From Rhina ancylostomus (lineage: Eukaryota): 64,000 nucleotides of DNA. The number at the start of each line of letters is the position of its first letter. The first letter of the stretch is position 1. The stretch is from the NCBI GenBank assembly GCA_030265395.1, contig JARFYF010000002.1:60978372-61042371 (forward strand), read 5' to 3'. Positions 52,320 through 64,000 of this stretch are shown one piece after another. The notes under the pieces are model-generated. The model did not search any database. It was not told the origin of the DNA and worked only from the letters and a program-made list of their open reading frames with translations. Both the position numbers and the translations under genes were made by a program.

Positions 52320-54085
52320 CTAAGGGCAGGAGATCCAAGAGCTAATTGATTGAAAATATACAGCATTCTTGAATTGGATTGAATTGCACTGGATGTTCCA
52401 CCATGCCATGAAATGAAATGAAACAGGTCTACAGGTTCCCAAAGGCTGAGGTCCAATTGAAACCTGTGACCTAAAAAATTGATGGTGTGTGGAATGACTC
52501 AGGAGGTTCAATAACTTGCATAGATTTTTCAGCACTGTCAAGACCACCTGTGACTGAAACACCCAAGCACTCACCCTTCCGAGAGTTAAGAATGAGGTGA
52601 ATTTATCAAGCATGAAGAAACAGTCAGTGCCCATTGTAAGGAACACTTTGAAGGACTCTTCAATTCTGATTCTGTGTTTGAATAAGTGTCCTTGACTCCA
52701 TTCCATAGCATTCTATCAAATCCAGCTTTGCCACGACAAGTGACAGACTAGATTTCATAAGGCCACTTATCACCAAAAAGCAATGGCTCCAGAGCAGACA
52801 ATATCTGTGCTCGAGCTTGGCAGCAAGGAACCTCAGTTACAGATATCTACCCAGGAGTTGTCACAACCTCATCTTCCATTTCTGGGAAGTGGAGGGCAAG
52901 TTAGGATACCTCAGGATGCCATAACTGTGACCATATTTAAGAAAGGGGACAAATCTGATTGTGGTAATTACAAAGAGGCCTTCTTGCAGATTGTCACTTG
53001 GAAAATCATTGCTTGGGTTCTCCTCTTCCCGAAGAACTATTCCTCTTCACCACCCAAGAACTCCAAGAGAATCCTTATGTATAACCTTTTTGACTTTACA
53101 GAAGTCCTTGATTCCTTCAACTGAGAGGGATTGTGGAGTATCCTTCTCAGTACTGGCTGTGGGCAGAAATTTGCCATCTTACATCTGTTACATGATAGAA
53201 TGCAAGGCATAACCACAATGGACTTGATCTTGGGACAAATGGGAAATTTTCATCTTATTCCAACTTAAGCCATCAGGTTCCTCTGGGAAAGTACTGCTTG
53301 CACCTAGCACCATCTAAGAAAATGGGCCTGAGACTTAATGTCTACAAATCTACCTCACTGTACAACACTGTTCTCTGTCAATGAAGATCCATAAGGACAA
53401 ATGGGAAAATGAGGATCAATTCCCTTATCTTCAGAGCTACCTCTCAATGAAGACAAACATTGATGATGAAATTCACCAGTGTATCAGCATAACTGTAGCT
53501 ATCTGATCTAGACCCCAAACCTATCGATCCCTACCCTCTCTCAAGCTTCTGAGACATGCAGGCACTTCAAGGTCCTGGAGAGATACCATTCACACTGTTT
53601 CCATGTAGCCCTCCATAATGCTTGGTAGAAGAAGCAAACCAATATCAATGTTCTCTCCTAGACTGACATTCTCAGCACTAAGGCCTGACTTACACTCAGT
53701 CAGTTCTAGTAGGCAAGCCACAATTTAAATATACACTTTATTTTAAGCTCCATCATGGCAAAAGATTTGCACACGATCAAGGAAAGGTTCAAAGATGTTC
53801 TCAAAGCAGCCTTGAAAAACTGTAACATCCCCACCAATTTATGAGAATCCCTGGCCTATGACCATTCAAAATGGAGAATGAGCATTCGGGTTGGCATCGA
53901 GAATGTTGAGTCCATTTGGCAGCAGCAGGCAGTAGCCCAGTGTAAATGGTGGAGTGAGTGCCCCCAGCTCCCAAATTACCCACCACCTGCCCACCTGTAG
54001 CAGAATTTACAGCACTCTTATTGGCCTCATCAGCAGAACCAGAGTGGAAACAAGTCATCCTCAATTCCAAGGGACTGCTTGAGAA
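52320..54085 (+). mobile_element. Degenerate RTE-type LINE
   Basis: RT motif DAITVTIFKKGDKSDCGNY; later FPYL.SYLS....IDDEI and RFKDVLKAALK-like segments; 3' end gagtggaaacaagtcatcctcaattccaagggactgc. Confidence 0.8.
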
Positions 54086-54189
54086 GGAGGAGGCCAGAGC
54101 ACCATGATAATTATGTGAGTGGGTGATGGAGGGAATGGAGGGATCACAAGTATTTGCAAGGGTTAACAACAGGTGATAAGTGATACAGA

Positions 54190-55150
54190 AGGTTGCCATG
54201 TTGAGTGTACATTCATGGGAGAGATCTATAGATTGGGACGTTGAGGATATACTCCTAACCAATACTGGAAACCACCTCCAACTTAATCAACTCCACTGTT
54301 ACATGCATTGTTTCTGCCAGTGGCTTTGCTAGCTGAACACAGTGTTCGTAGGATTGTGGGGCATCATTGTGTTCATGATGTCATCCTTTGGTTGGATGAC
54401 AACTCCATGGGTAAGTTTAAGTCCCTTTTAAAGTCATGGGAGGAAGGTTACCATGGTGTGAATGATGACTAGAAGAATCAGCAAGAATGGTAGTAAGGGC
54501 AGCAAGACAGAAGAACTCTTGAGGGTTGTTAGCCTTGTGAATGCAAAGATGATGAGGAGTACAATGGCAGTTACATTTGTAGTGAATGTAGGAAGCAAGA
54601 AGATTAAAAAATTGCTCGCATTGGGGTAAAGAAAAATGAGTAGCAAGGAGATATAGTAAGTGACAAAATGTAAGTGAGCTCTCACCAACTATTGAACGGT
54701 TCCCCTAGTCAATGAGATGGACTATGACCTCACAATCTACTTTATTGTGACCTTGCACCTTATTGCACGGCACTTTCTCTGTAGCTGGGACACTTTATAC
54801 TGTTATTGTTTTCTTCTACCTGTACTACATCAATGCACTCTGTACTAACTCAATGTAACTGCACTGTGTAATGAATTGACCCATACGATCAGTAAGACAA
54901 GCTTTTCACTGTACCTCGGTACAAATGACAATAATAAACTAATACCAATACCAAATGTTTAATTTCTTCTTGCACTGGACACAGGACTTTTGACCAAAGC
55001 TGCTGTCATTGAGTTGCTCAGTCACTGCTTCCCATTACTGGTGGATAAATTAGCATTGGACAATGGAGAGGAAGAGGATTTTCTTTTCCTTGTTCACTTG
55101 CTTTATAATCACCTACATGGGTGTGAAGTATTGGGAGACCTTCAGCATAC
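54190..55150 (-). mobile_element. Decayed HARBI1-like (DDE_Tnp_4) transposase remnant, interrupted by a LINE tail
   Basis: Collinear minus-strand fragments EAVTE (55031-55017), SHDF, KG*...MMPHNP, GGGFQY (54279-54262) and CTLNMA; compare Harbinger KEAVTE...GS.HD...DKGYP..LMTP...SGGALQY...C.LHNLA. Confidence 0.35.
54680..54953 (+). mobile_element. LINE 3' end (L2/Rex-Babar-like), ending in (aatacc) repeats
   Basis: gacctcacaatctac...gcactttctctgta...gcttttcactgtacctcggtacaaatgacaataataaac; a reverse-complement copy lies at 63752-64000. Confidence 0.7.
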
Positions 55151-56469
55151 ATGTTGCCTGTCGTTTCAATTTGTCGTTCTCCACTTTTTAAAAGACTACC
55201 TCCTTTTTTATCGGGCTGCATGCAATCTTCAAGCAGGATAGATTTCCTGCTCTCCTAATTGAAGATTTGTCCTCAAGTTGTGAAAATTGAAAAAAAAGAT
55301 TGATCCTTTTGCCGGCTGTTGTAATAGTTGAGGCACATGCCACATCAAACAGGTATATGCTGGAGACACAAATTATTACCACGCTTGTTTAAGGTTTAGT
55401 TGAAATTTTGGTGAAGGCTCCACATCTGTCCTGCCCACCAGAGCTGCTGAGTATTCCCAGCATTTCCTCTTTCTCTCTGGGAAGCCTAACTTCTTGGAAG
55501 TGATCACAGGAAGTAAACAAGCTTCCTTAAAAGTTACAGCAATAAAGATGGTTCTATTTTGTTCTGGAAATGTTTCTAAACAAATAACCATTTACATGCA
55601 GTGATATTCATGCAGAAAAAGATATTATTTACAGTTGACCACACAGTCAATATCGTTTACAGATGTGAACCATTCATGCTCTAAACTGAGAATTATTTCC
55701 AACAAATAATACTTGAAACAGTCAGAGAGTAAAGCTGTTCAGTACCCTGGCATTTTCTCTACTTATATGTGTTGGCAGATCTGAAATGGAAACATTTTAA
55801 ACCAAAGGATTCTGCTGTATTTGACCCTTATCACACTTTAGCATTGTCCCTCACAATCCAGATTTGTCAGTTTTAGAAGGCTATGGACTTAATGTGGATA
55901 AATGGGATCAGTATAGATGGCTGCAATGGTCAGTGTGGATGTGGTTAGCCAAATGGTCTATTTTTGTGTAGTACCACTCTATGATTCAAAAGGCAAAATT
56001 GAAAAATATATTAATATGGGGAGCAAAGCAGGGTTGATGTTTCAGGTTTCATAAGGAAGGTCACTGACCTGAAATGGGCTGGATTTCTTGGATCTAGCCC
56101 ACCACTTGAACTTGCTGCCTTTAGTGCCTCCCTATCTATACTACCTTGTTCTAAATATGGAGGGCTGGCCATGTACAAGGATCCTCCCTTGAAGCATTGT
56201 GGTCATAAGTTGGAATCCCTAAGACGGCATCCTTGCAGTGCCCAGATGGTCTTATGAAAGCTCACCTTTATCAAAGGCCTTGGAACTATGCTTAAATGTC
56301 TATAATAGTCAGAAGCATTTAAAGCCACTTAAAGTAGTCTTAAATAATGTTTTAAAAAGCAGCATATAGCTCAAGGACTTATTTAGAAATTTGGGAAAAC
56401 AACATTGAAAGAAAAACATTGTTGGAGAAAAGAAAATCAAAGGAACAGCAGAAAAACAAAATCAATGAA

Positions 56470-56640
56470 TAGGAGATGCAACAGTTAGAGCTGCTGTCTT
56501 TCACTCTGGCGCCAGGGTTCAATCCTGACCTTGGGTGCTCTCTGTGTGGGATGTCTATATTCTCATGGGTGCTCCAGTTTCCTCTCACATCCCCAAGATC
56601 TATTGGAAGGTTAATGGCCTTTGGTAAAATTCCCCTTTAG
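56470..56640 (+). mobile_element. V-SINE (HE1-like), diverged
   Basis: gttagagctgctgtctttcactctggcgccagggttcaatcctgacc...gggtgctccagtttcctctcacatcccc. Confidence 0.7.
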
Positions 56641-57144
56641 TGTTATGGGCAAATGAAAGAAAACAGATAACAGAAAGTAAGGGAGGGAATGGGACCAATG
56701 TGAATGATCCGAGAGCTGGAGAAATGATAGGTTGAAAGGTCAGTTTCTATGTAATATGGTCCTAATGCAGGCAAATGGGATTAGTGTAGATGGGCAAAAA
56801 GGTCAGCATGGGCATTATGGGCTGAAATGCCCATTTCTGTGCTCTACAACTCTATGACCATTCGCATTTGAAAATAGAGAAAAGTAAATGACAGATAATA
56901 TGAATTATACTAAATAAAGAGAAAATAAACTGCAATGTAAGTATTTTTCTGCATAACTCTAAAATTATCAATATTTCTGCCATAGATTAATGTTGCTTTA
57001 ATCAATGAACCATTTCAACTTAGGTTCTGTTTTAAATATAGTGCTTCCTTGGGTAGAGATAATAATATGTATTGGTTGCAATGTTTAGGAAATGGAAGGC
57101 AAGAAAGTGAAAATGGTTAAAATATCTCTGCTAAAGAATGTAAA

Positions 57145-57535
57145 TGAACTTGCAATCATTATATTCACCAAATATCCTCAAGCACTTCACATCTGATTAA
57201 TTAGTTTTGCACTTTTTTTATTTATGTTGGCAAATAGGGCAGCAAATTTGTGCACAATTACTCTCTGGTAGTCTTTTTGCTGAAGTAGACTAAAAGTTGA
57301 ATGTTGGTGAGACCACTGGAGAATACCCTTACTTTTCTTCAAACGTGGCAGGGGAATCTCTTATCCTTACCTGATAGCTAGACAGGGCATCACATTGCAA
57401 AAATATCTCCAGCAATGCAGTATTCCCTCAGTACACTGAAATGTCAACCTCAATTTAGTGTTCAAAAGTTGGAGTGAAAATTAAATCCACAACTTCTGAC
57501 TCAAAGGACAGATACACAGCTAACTGAGCCAAGAT
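57145..57535 (-). mobile_element. Deu-domain SINE, old
   Basis: ctccagcaatgcagtattccctcagtacactgaaatgtcaacc...ccacaacttctgactc...aactgagcc. Confidence 0.65.
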
Positions 57536-58789
57536 TATATTTGAACAAAATACTTGCACAAATTATAGAAAACAGACTCACTGGTAGCCCTGGAATGAGG
57601 AAACACAACCAGTTACACCTATCACATTGTCATGTGAAAACTATCCTTGATACGGGTGAAGAAAGCTTGTTATTAACTCATATGCAAGCATCATCTCCAA
57701 CATGATGTTTATTTTGGTATCAAGGGTGATTTTTTTGCAGCCATGATTTGTGTTTTTATCCCGGAATTGATTACAAAGTGTCACCAGAATATTTCTGTGG
57801 GAAAATCCCCTACACTGGTAAAGTCATTGGACTTGTGGAAGTTTGCAAAGGACAGAGTAAGCCAATCCAATAATGTGAAATATAAGTAAGGAATTATTAA
57901 AAAGAACTTAATAGGCCCACTGATTTAATACTGGTGCCTGCAAGTTGGCAGAGGCCCAAAGGATATTTTGGCTTCTCTCATCCATGAGAAAAACAAAGAA
58001 ACAAATACTAACTGTGAAAGTGGAAAAAAATACAATAAGCAATTGTAGGAATTGGCTCATCTTGAATAGATCAACATCACAAAAAAATATTGGGGTATTG
58101 ACATACTGTTGTTGATGTGAATTTATGCATAAAATCCCACTTCATAAGAGTGACTAAACTTCAAAACTGAAAATCAAAAATCTGCAGACGATGGAAATCT
58201 GAAATAAAAATAGAAAATGCAGGAACACGGCAGGTTGGGCAGCGTCTGTGGAGAATTAACATTTCATGTCAAAGATTTTTTTAATTTACATCTTGCTGTG
58301 TGCTTTTGTTAGTGCCAATTAAACTTGCAATGTTTCAGTCATATGTATCTGCTCGGAGGATACATTTGTACAACAAAGAACAAATCATGGCAAGCAATAG
58401 CAATGGTGTGGTTTAGGTGTGAAAAATGGTTGGAGATCCTATTATTACTAGCTTTTAATATCTACTAGATAAGGTTACTGTGAACAATTTGCAGAATGGA
58501 TTTTGTGATATGTTTGTGATATGTTATCATTGATGGAGGGTGAATCCGGAGGCCTGATGTAGTTTTGAACACGGAGGAACAACGCAAAATGATACACAAT
58601 ACAAGGATCAGCTGAAAGTGTTTCATTATGAAAATACCTTAAGATAAGTTTTCCTTTTGTTTTGTGGGCCTAGATTAAATGTCCTGTGATGGTTGAGTTC
58701 CTGACCACGTTGGCTCATAGTGGCTTGTATCCCTTCTCTGGCCACTGAAGTATAGCTAAGTGCAATGCGGAGATGTAGGGCAGTTGTGT

Positions 58790-59220
58790 TGTGGACAGAC
58801 TTGGGTTGTTTCCCTGGAGCGCAGAGGCTGAGGGGACACCTGATCGAAGTTAATAAAATTATGAGCAGTATAGATGGGGTAGACAGTCAGAATCTTTTTC
58901 CCAGGGTAGAAATGTCAAGTACCAGAGGACAAGTGTTTAAGGTGAGGGGGGAAAATTTGAAGGAGATGNNNNNNNNNNNNNNNNNNNNNNNNNNNNNNNN
59001 NNNNNNNNNNNNNNNNNNNNNNNNNNNNNNNNNNNNNNNNNNNNNNNNNNNNNNNNNNNNNNNNNNNNAGGAGATGTGCAGGGCAAGCTTATTTTACATA
59101 GAGAGTGGTAGATCTGCTTCCACTACTACCCCACGCTGCCAGGGGAGATTTAGTTTAATTCGGCATTGTGTCCGGCTCAGACATCGTGGGCCTATAGGCC
59201 TGTTCCTGTGCTCTACTGTT
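58790..59220 (+). mobile_element. CR1-type 3' fragment (spans a gap)
   Basis: QRLRGHLIEVNKIMSSIDGVDSQNLFPRVEMSSTRGQVFKVRG; tail gggcctataggcctgttcctgtgctctactgtt. Confidence 0.88.
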
Positions 59221-59474
59221 CCAAGTTCCAGATGTTCAGAGATATTACTGCAGTACCATAATTCACAAATGAGGAGGAGAACTGGTCAGTGAGGTGCAAG
59301 CCCCCATCAGCCAGAGGGCCAGAAGGGCCTTCCTTCAGTTGGAATGAACAGGTCTTGCAGATAAAAGAAGAATTTAGTCTTCCATCTGACTGTCTTAAAT
59401 ATGCTTCCAGTTCCAGCATTAACCTTTTTGCCCTTGCCAGCACAGTCCTCAAATATAGTGTCTGATGAAGTTGA

Positions 59475-59603
59475 AATAAAAACACAATATGCTGGAAAAA
59501 CTCAGCAGTTCAGCCAACACTTCCAGCCTTTGCTGAGTGCTTCCTGCATTTTCTGCTTTTATTTCAGATTTCCAGCATCTGCAGTTTTTTTTGAAATTTT
59601 CAT
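59475..59603. mobile_element. Fold-back repeat flanked by a 16-bp direct repeat
   Basis: Arms aataaaaacacaatatgctggaaaaactcagca / tgctgagtgcttcctgcattttctgcttttatt; flanks tgtctgatgaagttga (59459-59474) and tgtctgaagaagttga (59604-59619). Confidence 0.7.
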
Positions 59604-60744
59604 TGTCTGAAGAAGTTGATTTTTCACTCCATGGGTCTGAGGGGAGGGGGCGGGCTGAATTTCCTCCAGGCTTTTCATGCAACCTTTAGCAAAGAGAAGT
59701 AAGAGAGGAAATTCAACGTTGTAGGTGTGTACGTGCAAGGAAAGAAGTTGATATCATCTCGTGTTACAGCCAACAAACTTTCCTTTTCATTATAAATATT
59801 ATCATGAAAATAAAACTTTGCACTTCTATCCCTCCTCCTTCCTCTGTGCCTTTGCCAATCATTTTTACAGGAAGGGAAGCCTATATCAACATGTATAATT
59901 CTGCACTTTAGTTTAAAATTGTCATAAATAAAGAGTCATTTAATGACTCCACTGTTGAACCAAAGCTGAGTAGAGAGGGTTAAAAATATATTTTGAATGC
60001 TAAAGATTGCTAGTTAAAGAATGAATTCTTTGCACTTCAATACATTTTTCCAGTTCTACTTCATGACATTCAGAAATATACTTAATCAATTTACAGATGT
60101 TCAAAAAAAGCTTATTTATTTGAAAACTGGAGTAAGATTGCTACTGCCCAAAAAGTTTAAGGTAGAGGAGTGAGAAATCTTGGGATAAAATCTTGTTACA
60201 TTTTTTGTCTCCTGCCAGGCCCTAAACAGCTAAATTGGTGTGTGGTAAGATAATTCACATTATCTTACATAGCATTCCATGCAACTAACTAGCCACAGAT
60301 GAGAGATAAGAATCAAAGAGCAAAGGAATGAGATCGATTGCAAGGTCCACAGCCCAGACAAGCATTCCTTCTGCTGTTTGTGATCATTGCACCTGCACTG
60401 AGGAAACATATTAAAGTCTGTGTCAGGACACCAGGTCATCAAGCCCCTAAAAAGCTTTTAACGAGAAAAGTGCTATCAAAACCCTGCAGTTTCAGTGGAC
60501 GATGCGCTGACAGCTTCAAGTGGTGTTCTGGGGGGCTGGGATTTCTCTTCCTTGCCTGCTGCTCAAAATCTTAAATTTATGTTCTGAAATGCTTAAAGCT
60601 GTTCTTTTAATGGACTCAGTAGGGTTCAAACAAGGCAAGGAAAAATTTAGCAGCAGAGTACAGGACAAAAATAAATCTACACAATTTACTAATAAATGTG
60701 CTATGAAGAGATGTGACAACATTTGTTGGCTTAAAATTTATGCA

Positions 60745-61145
60745 TCAGCTTGAGCCCAGTGGCAACATTCTTGCCTATGGGACAGAAGGTCATGGGTTCA
60801 AGTTCTACCCCAGGGAGTTAACACAAAATCAACCTTACTCTGCACTATTGAGGGAAAGCTGCTTTGTCAGAGGAACTATCTTCAGGACAAGATATTAAGC
60901 TGAACCTATTTGGGTACAATTTGAAGAGAGCTGTGTTCTTTTGGTCGCCTGGCCAATGTTCATCCCTGAATCGCCACCTTCAAAAACAACTGGCAGTTTA
61001 TAGTATTGCTGTCTGTAGCACCCAGCTCTTTGCAAATTGGCTGGCAGGTTTGGTTGAAAGTCAACAGTGATAACACTTCAAAAGCAATTCCATAGCTGAA
61101 ACATGTATCCTGAGAGTCAGAACAATGCTACTTAAATACAAGTTT
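60745..61145 (+). mobile_element. Deu-domain SINE, old
   Basis: cagaaggtcatgggttcaagttc head; gagggaaagctgctttgtcagagg...gatattaagctg core; tgctacttaaatacaagt tail. Confidence 0.65.
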
Positions 61146-62299
61146 ATCATTTAACCAAAAATAATACACAAGCACCAGGCAAGTAACCCAGAAATTTGCT
61201 TCCCAGTTCTTTCTCTAAGTTTTATTGTATAATCTGTCAAATTCAGCCACATGAATAGCATATATTAACTGGTAATTTCTGGACCACATATTGAAATATT
61301 CTGATAACATCTTACACTTTTATTAAATTTATCCAGACAGGAAATGCGAAACAGGATAGCAATGATGTTATCAAGTGGGAAATCATGACTTCAAGTTAGG
61401 TGAAGGATTTCATATCTTGGAGCTCACTGTGTTTCATAAGATTTAATGCATGAGAACGTTCTGGCAAATTAGAAGTGGCCATTCTTGCAATAAACTACCA
61501 TTACTAAATGCATCCATATGTAAAAAATTGATTCTTTTCCTCTGCATTCTATTATTGGATACTAAATGCATAACAACAAATATCTTGTGCAGAACTCAGG
61601 AAAGAAATCGTGAAAAACTTAGCTTATCTTTGCCAGTTTTAAATCGATACAGAAATATAGTGAACTGTTCTGGTAATGAAACTAACTTTGAAGATACGAT
61701 TCTGTTTCACTAGCAAGGTTGTACCAACACAATCATTCACCTGAAAGCCAGGAAAGCAGGTTCAATGCCACATGAGCCAGCTACTGAGAAAGGATCTCAG
61801 AGCTGTCCCTTGAACCCAAAGAGGTCTTTCTCCCCAACATGAAAGTATCTGGTTTATACTTTATACTCCATAACACAGTGGTTGGAAAAGATGAGAGATT
61901 ATACCTGCCATAATACAATCCATGCAAATTGTTCACAGTAATTCTTGGATGGTTTAATACCTTAGGACCATCATTATATTAGGATTGATTTCCTCACTGA
62001 TGTTTTGATTCTTTTCTGGAATTCTGGTCCTGGGTTGCTAGCTACCAATAGGTTACAAAGTATGGGCAGCAAGTTTCGGAAAGGAATGTGACTGTATCAT
62101 GACCAAGTTCTACCTTGGCCTCACCAAGCAACCACACATATACACCTATAACACATGCAGGCAAATAATAAGACATCAATGCAACCAGTTGTATGTTGTG
62201 TCATTTCAGTACTCCACAGAAACTAATATTTAGCTTTGTTTAGGGTTCCAGGAGAACCTCCCTTTGTGCTGCCCTCTTGGTTTTAAACAATGTTCTTAA

Positions 62300-62400
62300 A
62301 CAATGATATGGGCAGGGAAATGGCAAATGGAGTTTAATCTGGCCAAATACGATGTGTTGCACTTTGGGAGATCAGAAGTAAAGGGGCTGTACATTGTCAT
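62300..62400 (+). mobile_element. CR1 RT fragment
   Basis: WAGKWQMEFNLAKYDVLHFGRS. Confidence 0.75.
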
Positions 62401-63259
62401 TTTAGTTCGACGGCGGGGGGGGGGGGGGCGTGGGGGGTAGATGCACAAGATTATAGGTAAGTAATTTTCATCACTTGCAGGTGTCCCTTCTGGCACTGCT
62501 GTCACGGGTGTTGTTGGAGCAGGGCAGCTCCAGGCCAATATGGTCCAAGTTCCCCTTCAATGTTCCCATGAGAATGTGACACAGGGAATAATATCATCCT
62601 TTATTTGAATAGTCTTTTTAAATTACCTTTGTTCCATTGATATTAGTACTTTATTTTGAAGACAGAGGTAAGAAGTGATACAATACCTATGCTAAAGGCA
62701 AAAGCTTTCCTATGCCAAGTGGAGATTTTAGTGCAGCTTGAATAGAACTGCCAATGTAGCTGAAGTGGTGATCTCCACCTTTTTAAACTTTCTTGACCAG
62801 CAAGTTAACACATGAGCTTAAAGAGTACTCAATAGAGTTCACTGTTGAAGTGGGAAAGGCTATAAACCTTACTGCAGGGCAAGAGAAGTGTACCAAGTCT
62901 ATTTTCCAAATCTATTTTTCAAACTTTCTATGATTATGGCACTTGACAGCACAATTTAGCTCATTCTGAGATTAGGATTTGTTGTGGTTATTTTTGGTAA
63001 AAAAACTTCACTGGAGTGAACAAGTCTAAAGGAGGTGGATTGCTTAGCTGAATGTGAATGTGATTAGAAAATATTCATGAGAAACAAACTATATGCATTG
63101 TTTTAGGATTTCTTTATAAAATTTACTAAGATGAATATACCAGTAAAAATATTTTTAACATTTTTAATGTATTTTCACAGGTGCATTACTTTCTACGATT
63201 GAAACTTTGGCTCAAATAAAACTGCCTGAGAAAGAGCACCAACTGGCAATCTCACTGAG

Positions 63260-63720
63260 ACATGATCTAGGATGGTTGGAATCCTTGAGTTTTGTGAGCA
63301 CTTCTGGGCAACACAACATTGCAAGGATACATGGGCTTTGAAGGGAGTCCAGCACAGATTAACCAAAATGAGACCTGCACTCAGGGATTGGATTATGAGG
63401 AGAGGTGCACTCCTTGGTATTTAGAAAGTTAAGTGTAAATTTGATTGAAACTTACAGGGTATCAAGGGGAATGATGGTCAGATAGAGAAAAATATTTCCA
63501 TTGCTTTGGGAGTCTCAGACTTGGAGGACAGCCTAAAAAATTAGAGCCAGATCTTTCAGGAGTGAAGTTAATAAACTCTTCTGCGTGCACAGGATGGTGG
63601 AAATTTTGAATAATCTTCCACAAAAAGCAATAATTATTAGGTGAATTATTAATTTTAAATCTGAAATTGACAACTTTTTGATAACCAAAACTATTAAGGG
63701 ATATAGGGAAAGGGTAAATT
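63260..63720 (+). mobile_element. Old CR1-type 3' fragment
   Basis: ttctgggca...gcaaggatacatgggctttgaagggagtccagcacagattaacc...tatgaggagagg...ttgattgaaacttacagg. Confidence 0.75.
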
Positions 63721-63751
63721 GAGCAAGTTCACTGATCAGTCACCGTCAGGT

Positions 63752-64000
63752 AAATTGGTTTATTATTGTCGCATGTACTGAGGTACAGTGAAAAATTTGC
63801 TTTGCATGCCATCCATAAAGATCATTTCATTACAACAGTGCATTGAGGCAGTACAAGGGAAAACAATAAAAGAATGTAGATTAGAGTGTTACAGTTACAG
63901 AGAAAGTGCAGTGCAGGTAGACAGTTAGGTGCAAGACCACAGTGAGGTAGATTGTGAGGTCAAGAGTCCATCTTATTGTATTCAGGGACTGTTGAATAGT
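63752..64000 (-). mobile_element. LINE 3' end, same family as 54680-54953 (cut by window edge)
   Basis: ggtttattattgtcgcatgtactgaggtacagtgaaaa...gagaaagtgc...gtagattgtgaggtc. Confidence 0.75.

Noticed and set aside
59462-59476. CTGATGA...GAAA hammerhead core
   Set aside because: Only 4 nt lie between the boxes, so there is no helix II, and no helix III or cleavage site; it lies in the flanking direct repeat
43569-64000. Next upstream LDAH exon (FPTIERM-containing)
   Set aside because: Searched by eye and in the ORF track without a match. Probably beyond the window, though it could be missed or lie in a gap.

Overview
Vertebrate genomic DNA; the repeat families (HE1-like V-SINEs, Deu-type SINEs, CR1, RTE and Penelope-type fold-backs) point to a cartilaginous fish (shark or ray). 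Two convergent genes are partly present. On the + strand is the last coding exon of a GDF5/6/7-group BMP ligand (405-1306), best called GDF7 from residue pattern and its neighbour, with a probable ~6.5 kb 3'UTR ending near 7.8 kb. On the - strand are the last two coding exons of LDAH (43568-43486 and 26443-26252), which the ORF track misses or mis-frames. The rest is intronic or intergenic, rich in decayed LINEs, SINEs and Harbinger-like remnants, with several assembly gaps. I found no convincing novel protein-coding system. The best leads are a sharply bounded CpG-retaining domain over the first ~11 kb (visible even in repeat copies), the long GDF7 3'UTR, candidate enhancers, and short fold-back elements with hammerhead-like and TSD signatures. 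Family and orthology calls come from remembered motifs, not database searches; repeat boundaries are approximate.
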